A stretch of DNA of 64,000 nucleotides from Octopus vulgaris. Lineage: Eukaryota. Positions within the stretch are counted from its first letter, which is position 1; each line of letters opens with the position of its first letter. The translations under genes were made by a program, and so were the position numbers. Below, piece by piece: positions 25,439 to 39,855 of this stretch. Under the pieces are notes generated by a model. It was not told the DNA's origin and did not search any database. It saw only the letters and a program-made list of their open reading frames with translations. The stretch covers positions 87,730,001 to 87,794,000 of the forward strand of contig OX597817.1 in NCBI GenBank assembly GCA_951406725.2. The letters are read 5' to 3'.

Positions 25439-26379
25439 TAATAATGGTTTCAAGTTTTGGTACTAGGCCAGAAATTTCAGGATAGAGGTTAAGTTGATTA
25501 TACCAATCTCAGTACTCAACTGGTGCTTATTTCATTGACCCCCAAAAGGACAACAGGCAAACACAACTTTGGCAGCATCTGAACTCAGAACATAAAGACA
25601 GACAAAATGTCATAAAGCATTTGTTCCATGTGCCAGCTCATCACCTTAACAACAATAATAACACTGTGTAACATGATTTTTGTCCTTGGGTAGCAACTGT
25701 TAATTCCTCTTCACTAACCCCTAGAAAGTAAACCCCAAAGAATCCCTTTTAACACATGGCTATGACACTTCTCAACTACTTCTGCTCATAATCAGAGATG
25801 CACATATTGTCAGCCACTAATGTACATACTTAAGTGGTTAACGTTGAGCAACTGACAAGCAGATCTGTGGTAATGTGCAGAATATTTCTTATAATGATAT
25901 TTCTTCTTTAGCAAGTAGGCACTGAATCTGTCTGAAATCTAATGATAAATAGATCAGTTTCAAAACATTGATGTTCAGGTCACAAGAGCAGAGTTTGAAG
26001 GAAACAGTAGTCATTTCCTTTGATTTCTAGATAGAAGCAAATAGGAAATAGCACTTGCTGACCAGAGATAAGAAAAAAATAAAAGTTTTGTTACACAGTG
26101 TAACAGTAATAATAATAATAATCCTTTCTTCTGAAGGCACAAGGCCTGAAAGTTTGAGGGAAGGGCTAGTTGATTATATTGACCCCCAGTACACAACTGG
26201 TATTTATTTCATCAACTCCAAAACCATGAAAGGCAAAGTCGACCTCAGTGGTATTGGAACTTAGAAGATAAAGACAAACAAAATGCTACTAAGCATTTTG
26301 CCCAGTGTGCTAACAATTCTGCTAGCTTGCTGCCTTAAATAATTATAATAATTAAAAGTAATAATCATAAACAAACATG

Positions 26380-26852
26380 AGTTCATGGCTGTTTCCTGCA
26401 CCAGCCCATCCAAAGTACCTTGGATTGCAGGACAGTCTGCTGTGCTTACCTTGGACCATAGGGCGACCTGCTGTGCTTGAGGCGACCTATTGAGTCAAGT
26501 ACATCAACATCAAAATAAAAATCAAATGGAAATTGTAGTTGTGATACCTGTGCCAGTGGCACATAAAAAGCACCATCCAAACATGGCCGATGCCAGCGCC
26601 GCCTTGATTGGCTTCCGTGCCAGTGGCACGTAAAAAGCACCAACTGATCATGGCCACTGCCAGCCTCCCCTGGCACATAAAAAGCACCCACTACACTCAT
26701 GGAGTGGTTGGCATTAGGAAGGGCAGTGGATCAGCTGTAGAAACACTGCCAGATCAGACTGGAGCCTGGGGCAGCCACCTGGCTTCCCAGACCCTGGTCA
26801 AACCATCCAACCTATGCTAGCATAGAAAATGGACGTTAAACGATGATGATGA
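26380..26852 (+). mobile_element. RTE-LINE 3' UTR fragment
   Basis: GTGCCAGTGGCAC repeat units, terminal motif and (GAT)n tail. Confidence 0.75.
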
Positions 26853-27166
26853 ATATGAAGCGCACAATGTAATTGCAATAGATATTTTATTGGTTTGAAT
26901 ATTTCAAAAGGTTGCCTGTCTTTGTCAAGTTCAAAATTAAAAGTGATACCTAAAAATTGAAAATTATAGAAATTCAAATTCAAAAAATTTAAGGAGGGCA
27001 ACCTGTATTCCCATGTTGATGGACTGACATCATCAGCCTTCAATTTTCAAGTTTATAACTGGTAAAAAGAAAAAGAAAGAAAAAACTTGACAAAGACAAG
27101 CAAGCTGTCAAAATATCATTCAAGCCAATAAAATATCTATTGAAATCACATCACATTCTTCATATT
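26852..27166. mobile_element. MITE-like element with imperfect terminal inverted repeats of about 80 bp
   Basis: AATAGATATTTTATTGG...TGTCTTTGTCAAGTT (about 26877-26931) is reverse-complemented at about 27085-27141. Confidence 0.55.
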
Positions 27167-27718
27167 GTCTGTTTACCTTTGTGAGGAGTTACATCAATTC
27201 TTTTAAAATATGAAAATCAATAATATGATAATAATCATAATGATAATAATAATAATAATTGAAAAGAACAGAAACCAAATCGTTCTACTTATCAAAAATA
27301 TAAATGAACCTAAGCGTGGTGGTAGACATGTGCTGAAATTAAGGCAAATTAAGGAGATTCATGAAATGAACAAAAATTTATATCCTGACCTTAATAAGAA
27401 AGATAAAGAAGTTTGGTCCTAAATGATGATTGATTTCAAATGTATTTCCTTATCAAGATGGCCTCATCCACAATTATATTAATTTCCCTCATCAGCATAT
27501 CCAGAGAAAACTAAATATTATTGGACTATGAAGTAATTGGAACACTATCCCAATATAAATCTAATCTTTGTCTGTTCTGCTATTGGTTCTGGTACTTTTG
27601 TTCCAGAAGGAAAAACATTTCACTAATATCACCTACCAAAAGATGGAACAGAATTATTTTTGTTTCAACCTTACTTACAGAAGAGCTGGATCTTAATTAT
27701 AGAAATGTCTTTCATCTA

Positions 27719-27811
27719 ATCATTTTAATAAAGAACTTAATTTGAGCAGACAACTATTGGTAAACTAATATTGTACTTACTAGATCTGATGTTTTATACC
27801 TACAAACATAC

Positions 27812-27857
<46 letters not shown>

Positions 27858-27869
27858 GTATATATTTAT

Positions 27870-27932
<63 letters not shown>

Positions 27933-28478
27933 CACACACACACATGCACAAATCATTGTTTTACACTGATGATGATGAAATAGCCAACTATGATGAGGAT
28001 GAAGGGGATAGTGATGGTAGTGGTATTATATAATGTATATATATATACATCGTGGAGGCGCAATGGCTCAGCGGTTAGGGCAGCGGACTCGCAGTCGTAG
28101 GATCGCGGTTTTGATTCTCAGACCGGGCGTTGTGAGTGTTTATTGAGTCAAAACACCTAAAGCTGCACGAGGCTCCGGCAGGGGATGGTGGCAATCCCTG
28201 CCGTGTTCTTTCGCCACAACTTTCTCTCACCCTTTCTTCTGTTGGCCTGCTCTTTAAGCCAGTGGGGTGGCGTCATTTGAAGGCTAAAACAATGCAAAGC
28301 ACATTGTAACCAGTGATATGTAGCAACATCTGATAGCCTGGTTGGTCAAGGTGATCACGGTGATATATATACATCATCATCATTACCACTACCATCACTA
28401 TCCCCTTCATCCTCTTCATTGTTGGCTATTTCATCATCATCAGTGTAAAACAATGATTTGTGTATGTGTGTGTGTGTG

Positions 28479-28547
<69 letters not shown>

Positions 28548-28551
28548 ATAA

Positions 28552-28619
<68 letters not shown>

Positions 28620-28706
28620 TTGTAGGTATAAAACATCAGATCTAGTAAGTACAATATTAGTTTACCAATTGTTGTCTGCTCAAATTAAGTTCTTTATTAA
28701 AATGAT
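27719..28706. repeat. Inverted duplication of about 330 bp flanking the SINE
   Basis: 27719-28047 is reverse-complemented at about 28363-28706, including its internal (TA)/(CA) tract. Confidence 0.9.
28054..28364 (+). mobile_element. Young CpG-rich tRNA-derived SINE
   Basis: GGAGGCGCAATGGCTCAGCGGTTAGGGCAGCGGAC (A box)...GGTTTTGATTCTC (B-box-like). The 3' part is shared with 62280-62380. Confidence 0.8.
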
Positions 28707-28712
28707 ATATAT

Positions 28713-28796
<84 letters not shown>

Positions 28797-28822
28797 TACA
28801 CATATATATATATATATTTATT

Positions 28823-28856
<34 letters not shown>

Positions 28857-29079
28857 ATGTTTGCGCATACACACACACATACATATACCAACATCATCAT
28901 CATTTCATGCCCATTTTCCATGCTTGCATGGGTTGGATGGTCCAACAGGAGCTGATGAGCCAATGGACTACATCAAGTTCCAATGTCTGCTTTGGTATAG
29001 TTTCTACAGCTAGATGCCCTTCCTAACAACAACTAATTTAGAAAGTGTACTGGGTCATTTTTTTCAAGACATTGCCTCA

Positions 29080-29490
29080 TTCTCTTTTATTTGTTTCAGT
29101 CATTTAACTGTGGCCATGCTGAAGCACCACCTTTAGTCGAGCAAATCGAGCCCAGGACTTATTCTTTGCAAGTCTAGTACTTATTCTATCGGTCACTTTT
29201 GCTGAACCACTAAGTTACGGGGACGTAAACACACCACCATTGGTTGTCAAGTGATGTTGGGGAGGAGGGGACAAACACAGACACACAAACATGCACACAC
29301 ACATACATATATATATACATATATACGACAGGCTTCTTTCAGTTTCTGTCTACCAAATCCACTCACAAGGCTTTGGTCGGCCCGAGGCTATAGTAGAAGA
29401 CACTTGCCCAAGGTGCCATGCAGTGGGAATGAACCCGGAACCATATGGTTGGTAAACAAGCTACTTACCACACAGCCACTCCTGTGCCTT
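29080..29490 (-). mobile_element. tRNA-derived SINE (GGCTGTGTGGTAAG family), well preserved
   Basis: Full head-to-tail match to the family; the 3' end shares GCATGGCCACAGT with other copies. Confidence 0.8.
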
Positions 29491-31334
29491 CACTAAGTAT
29501 CCACATGACAAGATTCCTCAGTTGAAGAATATGTAGGATATAGAATTGAAGTAAGTGAAAGTATGAGTAGTGAAACAGGCACAGGTGTCTTCCTGAAGAG
29601 GAGGTACATGGCTTCCTAAGCTGGAATAAGAGAGAGGAGATGGTAATGGTGTATCCTCAAGTTGTATAACATATTGTACTCATGTATTATTAATCACCTC
29701 ACACCCTCTCACCACTCACTGTATCCATCCCTCAATCCTACCCAGTCTTGAGAGTCATCATCTACTCTCCCTTACCTTCCCTCCAATGTATACTTATCAT
29801 CTCTCGATACTTATTCTTCATTTATTGTATTCATTCCCTCATCCATCCCCTATTTTTGGCATCTCTCACTCTCCCATACACTCTTGCATCCCCTGTCTGC
29901 CCCTCATTTCCTTTTCTCTTGTCTTACTCACTTCTACTCACCCCATACCTTGAGGATCCACCTTGACACCTCATCATGACTATTTCAGCTTGTTTCAGCT
30001 TCTCTCCAGTTGCTCTCGTCCACTCTTCTATAATGTGTGTAGCCATGTAGCACCTCTATAATAAGAAACCTGTTCTATTTCGGCTCCTTCTCTCATACAT
30101 TAACCTTTCGTTTCCTAGCTTGAATTTGTTTCCCCTCTGTACTGTAACCCCATTGTACTGTAGGCTGCATGGTGACCTCACTAGTGCTGGTGCCACAAAA
30201 ATTCCCTCTGATACATACTGTAAAGTAGCTGACATTAGGAAGGGCATCCAGCCTTAAGAAACATGCTTAAGTAGACATTGGAGCACAATGCAGTCCTTGG
30301 GCCCAATGGATCCTGTCAAACCATCCAACCCATGTCATCATAGAACATGCACAATAGAAGATGATGATATATGCGTGTGTGTGTGTAAAACTATTGACTT
30401 GTTAAACTCACAGAACTCAGCATCTTGATGAGAACAAATTGTAGAGTATGGTGCTAATATAGAAGACACTTATGGGAGAATCGATAGCACACTGGGCAAG
30501 ACGCTTAGTGGCATTTCATCCATCTTTAGGTTCTGAGTTCAAATTCCACCAAGGTTGACTTTGCTTTCCGTCCTTTTGGGGGTTGATAAGATAAGTATCA
30601 TTTGAGTATTGGAGTCAGTGTAATTGACTTAACCCCTCTCTCGAACCTACTGGCCTTGTGCCTACATTTGAAACCAATGTAGGAGATAATGTCTTAGTTT
30701 CACATCTTGTAAATCTTTACATTGTAAGGTTATTAAAGCTGAGAAGATAACATCAACCGATGTATGCCAGTAAAAGCTGGCCTTGGTGAGATTTCAATCT
30801 AGAATGTCAAGTGCCAAATGAAAATACCACAAAGTATTTTTTCCATGGCACTGACAATTCTGCTAGCACAATACCTTATTACTATTGCTATTGTTGATTT
30901 TGTTCCTACTGATGATGATACACAGACTTAAATAACCACTACTTTCATGACTTTCAATGTTATTTATCAGATCTGTGAGATGTCTGGCCTACGAATCCTA
31001 GAGCAAGGCAGTCATACAGTCAGTTCTCAAGTATAATAAACATTAAATTAATTACATGTTCCAGGCTAAGATTGATCTCACTTAGCTTGATCTATCTAAG
31101 TTGATCTAGGCTGAACCACAGAATGAGAAATTCTTCTTATTATTATTATCATTATTCTCTTATTTCAATTTTGTTTCCATTTCTTGCCAAGTGTCTTCCT
31201 GATGCCTAGGCAAAGAAACTCCCTGTATACATTGGTAGGCCATTAAAATAAACATACTAGATTGTTCATTTACAGGCATGTGGTAGAAAAAAGGGAAGAA
31301 GGTAAGAAAAAAGTATTTTTTTAAAAATAGCTAT

Positions 31335-31872
31335 TATTGATTGAGAGAGCAGTGCATGCCATCAAAGTGACACTGGGGTAAAATATATACGAAGCCCAGT
31401 ATATCCATCATAACTACCCGTCTGATAAGGATACACCAAGCACATGCATTACAATGTGCACGATAGAGTGATCTCATATCAAGATAAACAGCACATGACT
31501 TTGCAGGTTGGGGCCCAGTTAGAATTTTTTTCATGTCAAGTGGCCCATCCCACTCAAAAGATCCCAGAATAAGGGTTGTAAAAAGATGTTGAACAAAACA
31601 CCCATGTTTCCAAAGGTGAAATATCCAAACTCCAAAGAATTCCTCTACACACATGGCTATGATGCTCCCCCACTACTTCTGCTCATGGTTAGAGATGTAC
31701 ATATTGTCAGCTTCTAAGGGACATGCTCAGCTGGTTACGGTCAAGCAAATCTTTGGTATTGAGCAGAATATTTGCTGTAGCCCGTCTTTTATATGAAGAT
31801 AAAACCATGTACATCATAACACTTCCAATCAGTTAAGATCGGAAGCCATGAGAGCCACTGCCTGGTATTGCA
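31335..31872 (-). mobile_element. Interspersed SINE-like repeat with (TAA) tail
   Basis: Partial second copy at about 25690-25890; bounded by (TTA)n tracts. Confidence 0.55.
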
Positions 31873-31911
<39 letters not shown>

Positions 31912-32214
31912 CAAGGCAGTGAGCTGGTAGAATCATTAGCATGCTGAGTGAAATGCTTAGCTGTATTTCGTTTGTTGTCATGTTCTGAGTTCATATTCTA
32001 TCGAGGTCGGCTTTGATTTCAGCCTTTCAGGGTCAGTGAATTAAGTACCAGTGAAACACTAGGTTTGATGTAATTGACTAGTCCCCTCCCCCCAAATTTC
32101 AGGCCTTGTGCCTTTAGCAGAAAGGATTATTATTATTACTATTATTATTTCATATCACACAACAGATTAAACTGTTGGAAAAGAATAATTCCTACCTACC
32201 ATCAAGCTACAACA

Positions 32215-33620
32215 AGTAACCTTAGATACCAAGACTCTTCCTAAGTAATCCTAGCTGTCCCTAATAATACTGTTTACTGGATCTGTACTAAACTAGGTTT
32301 TATGCCTATTTCCTCTATCGATCTGTTCAAATCTTTAGGAATAGTTCCTAATGCACCTATAACTACAGGGATATATTTTACCCACACTTTCTTTAACCTT
32401 TGTAACTCAATGGCTAGGTCCTGGCACTTTGCTATTTTCTCTATATTATCTCTCATATTGTCTTTCTCATCATTTGGGACTGTAAATGGCACTTTCTATT
32501 CTCTTTGTATACAGCAGCTAAATCAGGCCTTCTAGCTTCTATTACTCCATCAGTTTGAATGTAAAAATCCTACAACATTAGTTAGCAGGGATGTTATCCT
32601 GAGGTTTGGTGACACGTCTCCTCAGATCTCAAGTTCTTGCAGCATACATGATAGCACTTTTATGCAGGTGAACAATGTGCATCTCAACTTCAATATATTT
32701 CAGCCTCATAGGGAGCATTTTGGCTGTAGTGCCAAGTGTCCCAATTACCACAGGAATGATTCTCTACTTTGTCATGCACAATCTCTTCACTTCTATAGCT
32801 AGGTCCTAATATTTCTTAATCTTATTTTCTTTGATATCCACTCTGTTTGGCTTCTACACAATCTAATATACATCTGTATTCCTGATGTGTGGTGTGTGTA
32901 TGCTACTAACTTTTGTGGGTTTTGGGAAAGTATTTGTATTATACATCTAAATTGTACTACAGGATTTATATTGTTACAGGTATCATTTGTAGAAGTGTTA
33001 TATTGCTACTGTTATTTCATTGAGTCACATATTTGCTGCTGCATGGGTTGTGTTATAGTATTAGGGTATAACTGTGCAGAAAATGTACTCTGTGAGTTAT
33101 ACTATTGAACTGAAAGTGTCTTCCATAGAATGTAAGTTGTACTGAGTAGGGATAACTTTTTTTTGACTCACCTGTTCTGCTCAAGTTTGCTTTTCCATTT
33201 CAAGAATCTTGTACTTTGTTTTTTGACTTCTTTTTGGTGGGATATCTAGTCAGGATAATATTGAGATGTCCATCACAGCACAAAAATTTGCATTCCTTTC
33301 ATTCATTGTGATATCTTGATAGTTTGCTTCTTTGCCTTGTCAGTCTATTCAAATGATTTCCAGTTTGTATGCTTATATCACTTCTCAGCTTTCAGCAAAG
33401 TATTAGCATAACACTCAAGGGATATAGCTGCCTGTCCTATCCAGCAAGAAATTATGTGGTCAGTTGTTTCTCTGTTCTGATTACATAATGTGTAGTTTCT
33501 CTGTTCTGACTAATTACTAGGTAGTTGATGTTAGCCCCATTGTATTTTTGTTGTTACTTTTGTGGCATAAATCTTGTGCAGCCGAAGTCAGACCTTCTAT
33601 GTTTCTTTCCCATATATCTA
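32215..33620 (-). mobile_element. Decayed R4/Dong-like LINE fragments with restriction-like endonuclease (two RLE C-termini in tandem)
   Basis: Minus-strand EKIAKCQDLAIELQRL..IPVVIGALGTIPK (32274-32492) and KIKKY*DLAIEVKRL..IPVVIGTLGT (about 32730-32840). An ETEG..AAQD and zinc-knuckle-like C..ETTDHIISC segment lies at about 33440-33610. Adjacent (TAA)n. Confidence 0.7.
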
Positions 33621-34887
33621 ATCCCCTATTTAGAACATGTACTGCCAAACAAGGATACATGTTTGTAATCCCTTTTTAGAATATGTATTGCCAAAGTAAA
33701 TACACATGTATCTAATACCATTAACATTTGATATCCCTGCTGAATTATGGACAGTCTTTCTTCAGATTCTCCAGCTGGTCAATGTACATTAAAGATTTAC
33801 TTAATGCAGGTGATGTATATACAGCCTCTATCTTGGATATTACATGCCACACCTTTACTGTTTTCAAAACAAAATTAAATTTTGAATTACAAGCAGTTCT
33901 TATAATGTAAACATTACCAACGTTACATACTGAATGTATGTGTTTTGTTCATAAGCTTATTAACTGCAGGATAGTGTCAGGAGAAAAGTCCCTTTAAGGC
34001 ACCAAGTGTTAAAAAACACAGAATACTGCAAATCAGGTGAGACAACTTTGTAGGCAAACAGGAACAATGGATATTGATATTTTGCTTTTATTTCAGCTCT
34101 TCAGCATCGTATACTTGAGTCACCTCAAAATGAGTTGGAATCACTGGTCTGAGGTATATATATATATGCAAATATTGTAAAGTCTATCTGCTGATATGCA
34201 ACAGCGCTGCACAAATGAAGCAAAATTAAATTTTGAATTATAGACAGCTGTAATAATGGTAAATGTCACATACTGAATGTGTTTTGTTTATGTGACAATT
34301 ATATATATATTACATTTATGTAATTGTTTTGCAAGATTCTTGATGTGAAACCGTCTGTTGAAACAGATATCGTTAAACTTGGCAATGGTCATCTATTTAT
34401 TTGATCTTTGCTTTAAGTTGTATCATTATTACTTTTAGTTTGTTTAGTCACCTTCCTGGTATCCACAGAAAGACAAAATGGAATAGGCAGGACAAGAGGT
34501 GACACAGGGGACAGAAAATCACTGAAGAGGTTACAGGATGTGTGATGTAAGAACTTTGACAGGCAAATAAGCTAAAAATAATAATAATAATAATAATAAA
34601 ACTAAAGTGAAGATCAAATAAATAGTGTGTGTGTTTAATTGACAAAAGATGACCATCCCCAAGCATAACAATATATACATCATTGGAATCAAGCATTCTG
34701 TAACAATTATACTGTATATTAGAAACATAAGAATGCAAGGATATCCATTTCGACATAAGTAAACTTTCATAACTTATGAGAATATGGAATATACTGATCA
34801 TCCCCTTCTTTATTGAAAGTAGAAAAGTAATCAAAATATAAATATGAATGTTTCAAATCATGTATTTGTGTTTGTTTCTTTATTCAG

Positions 34888-35055
34888 GCTTGGTTTTGTG
34901 AAGCAGCTAAGAAGACAGGTAGAAAGCATTCTTGGTCCATTGATAGATGAAGAGATAGACAAACATTCTTCAGAAATCTCCTTGAATAGTACCACCAAAG
35001 AAGAAGGACTGACACTGGTTGAAAGAATTACAGATACCATAATTAATTCAAAGCT
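34888..35055 (+). CDS. TBC1D32: TBC1D32/broad-minded coding exon 2
   Basis: Pyrimidine tract plus TTCAG| acceptor; AG+G restores Arg. LGFVKQLRRQVESILGPLIDEEIDK matches recalled [25 protein letters not shown]. Donor GTAAGT at 35056; phase 2-2, 168 nt. Confidence 0.9.
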
Positions 35056-35160
35056 GTAAGTCTTATCAAATTTTCAGCAGTTTGCAAGTGTCCCCTTGTA
35101 TCATGTCTTTTAGTGGACAAGGAAAGGATTCTTATAGACGAATCTTTTGTCCTCAATCAG

Positions 35161-35490
35161 TCATCATCATCGTTTAACGTCCGTTTTCCATGCTAACATG
35201 GGTTGGACGGTTTGACCAAGGTCTGGGAAGCCAGGAGGCTGCACCAGGCTCCAGTCTGGTCTGGCAGTGTTTCTACAGCTTGATGCCCTTTCTAACGCCA
35301 ACCACTCCGTGAGTGTAGTGGGTGCTTTTTACGTGCCAGGGAGAGCTGGCAATGGCCACGATCAGTTGGTGCTTTTTACGTGCCACCGGCTTGGAAGCCA
35401 GTCAAGGTGGTGCTGGCATCGGCCATGTTCGGATAGTGCTTTTTACGTTCCACTGGCACAGGTATCACAACGACAATTTCCATTTTATTT
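35161..35490 (-). mobile_element. RTE-LINE 3'-end fragment about 105 bp downstream of exon 2
   Basis: (CAT)n tail, terminal motif and repeat units. Confidence 0.8.
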
Positions 35491-38235
35491 TTGAATATAA
35501 GAAAAGGCAGCCTCAGTTTCTCATTTTTTTCTAAGCTTTACCTCATGGCCAAAGCTGAGTACAACAAGGCATCAAACGTAAACATCAAAGCAAACTGTGT
35601 TCAGTAACCAGTGATTGGCTCTGAATCAAGACATCTAGCTGATGATTTATGAAGCCTCCTTTCTGAGACCTTTTAAGTGAGTGTAGTAGAGGAGGCTTCA
35701 TGTTTGCATTGAAGTTTTCTTCAGTTATTGTACTTATTGCATGGATCAAAATATTTGCACTGCTAAACAATAAGTTATCATCTCATCCATCTGAAACTTT
35801 CATACCATTTGTTAACATTTGGATAAGATGCCTTGGTCAAAGAAGTCCTTATCAAGGAACTGCTATAATGAAATATTATAAAATCAAAACATCAGTTATC
35901 TATATTTATTGCTTAAATATGTATCTATAATAGCAAATGTATTAAACTGGGATGATTAGTGTAACTAAATGAAGGAGAAATGTGAGTTGTAGCTTTTATA
36001 CCTTTCTCAAAAGTATTACTTAAGTTTTTTTTGTTTTTTTTATTTTATTTGTTTCAGTCATTTGACTGTGACCAGTTATTATCTGTTACTATATATTTGT
36101 TTTTTTTATAAACATAAATTTGTCCTCAAATATCTTACGTACCCTGTATATATACAGGGTCTGGACAAAATAATGGAAACATCTAGAATCATAATTTTGA
36201 AATATCTATAAAACCATCAAAAGGTTGTTTATTTTTATGTTTTTTGATTTATTATTTGAAGGGTTTTAGTCAAACAAATCGACCCCAGGACTTATTTTTT
36301 AAAGCCTAGTACTTACTCTATTGATCTCTTTTTGCCAAACTGCTAAGTTACAGGGATGTAAGCACACCAACACCAATTGTCAAACAGTGATGAGGGGACC
36401 AACACAGATGCAGACACAGACTCACATATATATGTACAAAGAGCTTCTTTCAGTTTCTGTCTACCAAATCCATTCACAAAGCTTTGATCAGCTTGAGGCT
36501 ATAGTAGAAAACATGCCCAAGGTGTCACCCAGTAGGACTGAACCTGAAACCATGTAGTTAGGAAGCAAGCTTCTTACCACACAGCCACACTTGTGCCTCT
36601 GTATGTGAAATAATGTAAGATACAAATATCTATTAAACTATGAAAGGCTTTGAGAAACTAGGGCCTATCTCTGGTTTCATATGGGAAGTTGTTGTATAAT
36701 ACCAGATCAGCCCATATCAATCAGGCATTTTACCAAAAGCTTTCAACTTGTGACCATCTTGCCATTTAGATTTTTGACATTAAAATTGAATGAAATCACT
36801 CTCTGTATGAGTTTGTGAATGAACTATATTGTTTATTGTAACTAAAATACTTTTTTGTTTAAAGGGAATTAGATTCCTATTGAAATCCAAATGAACCACA
36901 TCTTGAATATGAGAAAATATATTTTTATAGAACACAGCCAGTTTCTTCACAGACATCACACTACAGACTCTTAGAGTGATCCCATTAAGGTGAGATATAG
37001 AGGGTACTGGCTAGTTTCTCTTCTGTGCCTACATCAGAAGGACCAGTTGGTAGAAAGCCATCAAATTAGTTATGGATGCAGCAATTTTTGGTTGAAGGTA
37101 ATTATGGATCAAGAGGTATGTGCCCTGAAAGGGGTAGTGCTCACTGGACAGAAGGTGAGACTTGATTGCTTGCTTAAGCGTGTCTGATTGTTGAAAGATC
37201 TGAAACAACCATTGACCCCTACAAGAAACATCACTGATGAAGTGTCCCACATTCATCACAAGGTAGCATAAAAGGAAACACAGTAAGTCTAAATATTTCA
37301 GTAAGTACTTTAGACTCACTGATTATATATTTATCATGTGTCATGAAACATCTTTTATGTCCATTGTGCATACTAGAATTAATGGAATGCATTTTTGTAA
37401 CATGTGGCTTCCTTTTTTGTTAATTATTAAACAGTGAAGTAGCTGTGGAACCTTTTGTGCAGAAAGAGAAACTTAAGTTAGCAAACACTCTACTAGATTA
37501 TTTAATCATTACATTCTCCTCTTCTGCTTTTCCTTGTCCCCATTCTACTTCTTTATCTTCCTTATATCTTTCTTTTTCTCTCTCTCTCATTTTTCATATA
37601 TTTTCTTGTCTTTCTTTTCTCTTCTGTTTTCCCTAGTCTCTCTCTCCACTTCTTACACTCTCTTCCTGTCTGTTTCCATGTATAACCCATCTGCCTCAGT
37701 TTTCTTACTCTAAGCCATAGCCATACCAAAGAAATAAATCCAAAACATGGTTATTGCTAGTTGAAAACTATTCTTTTATTGTAATCACCCACCCTGATGC
37801 CTTCTCCTCCACCAAAAGCATATCTGGAGTATTTTTAAGTGTAAAATTTTATATTATAAGCACTTAAATTTTACAATCCTAGTGTTTATATAAAACCTGT
37901 AGTTAGTAAATTGTAATAAAATATTAAGTTGTATTGAAAAAGTGGTAATGTGAAACTCGGTGTAATGATGGTATAAATTTCTATTTTAACTGCTTTAATA
38001 TACATGCATACATACACACACCACACATGCACGCACATGTGTGTATGTATACATATATCATTTATATATATATATTTGCATATACACACATACAGCATGT
38101 GTGTGTGTAAAGTTATATATAAAAGTTATTTAACAAAAAACAGAAGGATTATTCAATACTTTTCAGTAGAGTTTATGCTTATTAAACTTTTACAAGTCAA
38201 AATGTTGACAGTGACTTAAGCTTAATGACTATATA

Positions 38236-39082
38236 CAGGGTGTGGGCTAAAATTTGGCAATATATGTTGATGTTTAGGTGAACCGTCAACGACATTTGAG
38301 AGCGTAAAGATTAAAGTTGTAGTTGAGAAAAAGTTCATTGACACGGAAGACATCTGACTTTTGGAAAAGAGTTACCAGTCATGATGATCTGTACTGGGTA
38401 TCAAACCACCAACATCATGACTACTGCTCAATGCAACCATTGGCTTGCCTATAATCCATGTGATGTCCCACATATAATAAAAACCAAGTTCCCTTAAACT
38501 CTGATGGTCTCTGAGTGTGTTTACAGTGAGATTAATGCCATATTACCCTACATCTTTACACGACCTTAGGCTCAATGTAGATGAGTTATGTGAAAATGCT
38601 GGAGATCATGATCAAACCCTGACTGTAGATGGTTGCTACTGGATGGTTATATGTGTAGAAGCAAGATTCAGCTCTTTACCATACCTCTGAAAAGAGTCAG
38701 AAGTGGTTGTCAGAGAATTGCTACAACATTATTACCAGCCCTAATTTCTGGATACCTGATTTCCCCGATTGTAATCCCATGGATTACTATGTGCGGGTCA
38801 TGGTTGAAAAAGACACCACCTGCACTGCCTGCAACACCAAAACTTATCTAGTGGCTGATATCAAGGAGGGAGGTGTTTAAAGATCATACCAGAGACATAG
38901 TGAGGAATGCATGTACCAGGTTCTAGAGCAAAAAACTGAGGATGACTACTTGGAGTAAATTGTTATTTCCCAGGCATAACCTTGTTGATATTTTTTGATT
39001 TTTCAAAATGTTTTTATTTTTAGATAGGCTATTTCAATTTCTTTCCCCTTTAAACAAACAGTCAAATTTATTCCAAACACTG
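38236..39082 (+). mobile_element. Decayed Tc1/mariner superfamily element (maT/DD37D-like)
   Basis: TA|CAGGGTGTGGGCTAAAATTT...AAATTTATTCCAAACACTG termini; remnants QDSA..HTS and FW.PD.PDCNPMDYYV. Confidence 0.65.
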
Positions 39083-39117
39083 TGTGCATGTATATGCACT
39101 AAATTGAAGTGTGTGTG

Positions 39118-39148
<31 letters not shown>

Positions 39149-39761
39149 AATTGAATGAAACAAGTAGTTTTTTTAGAATAGGAGGTAAATATTTTTATTA
39201 TATATTTATATATATGAAAGTAAAAATACAAAAATGTTGTCACATAACAGATGTTTCCATAAAACAGTTTTATTGTAAAAATGTTAGCGTATATTTTTAT
39301 CAGGTGAGTTTTATGTACACAAGAGAAGAGAGAGAAACAAATCATATAGCATTCATACAAACAGTATTTTCCTTATATAAAAAAGTTTTACTGAGCAACG
39401 TTTAGTGCATTTTGTAGCCAAAATAAGTTTCGCAGAAGAAAAATAAGTCATATTTTATCTATTTATTTATTTCTTGTTCAAGTTTTGAAATACAAGACAA
39501 TAAAAAAAATGTGAAGAATAAGTCAATTAAATGAACTTGAACAATTTAGGATTGATCATTAGTGAGCTAAAAAAACAATAGACAATGTGGCTATCTCCAT
39601 GTCTGACAACTAGGTGTGTTTCACACTAAAATGTGTATGTGTGTATACACACACAAATGTGTATATATATATATATACACACACATATATATATATATAT
39701 ATATGCATATACATATATATATATGCACACATATATATATATATGCTTATATATATATATA

Positions 39762-39814
<53 letters not shown>

Positions 39815-39855
39815 GTATATATATATGTATATATATATATATGTATATATATATA

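Noticed and set aside
28054-28125. tRNA gene
   Set aside because: The tRNA-like head continues into a SINE body of about 240 bp, the B box is degenerate, and there is no clean acceptor stem or oligo-T terminator.
36930-37320. Additional host exon between exons 2 and 3
   Set aside because: No resemblance to TBC1D32, and exons 2 and 3 already join in frame and colinearly with the recalled orthologue.
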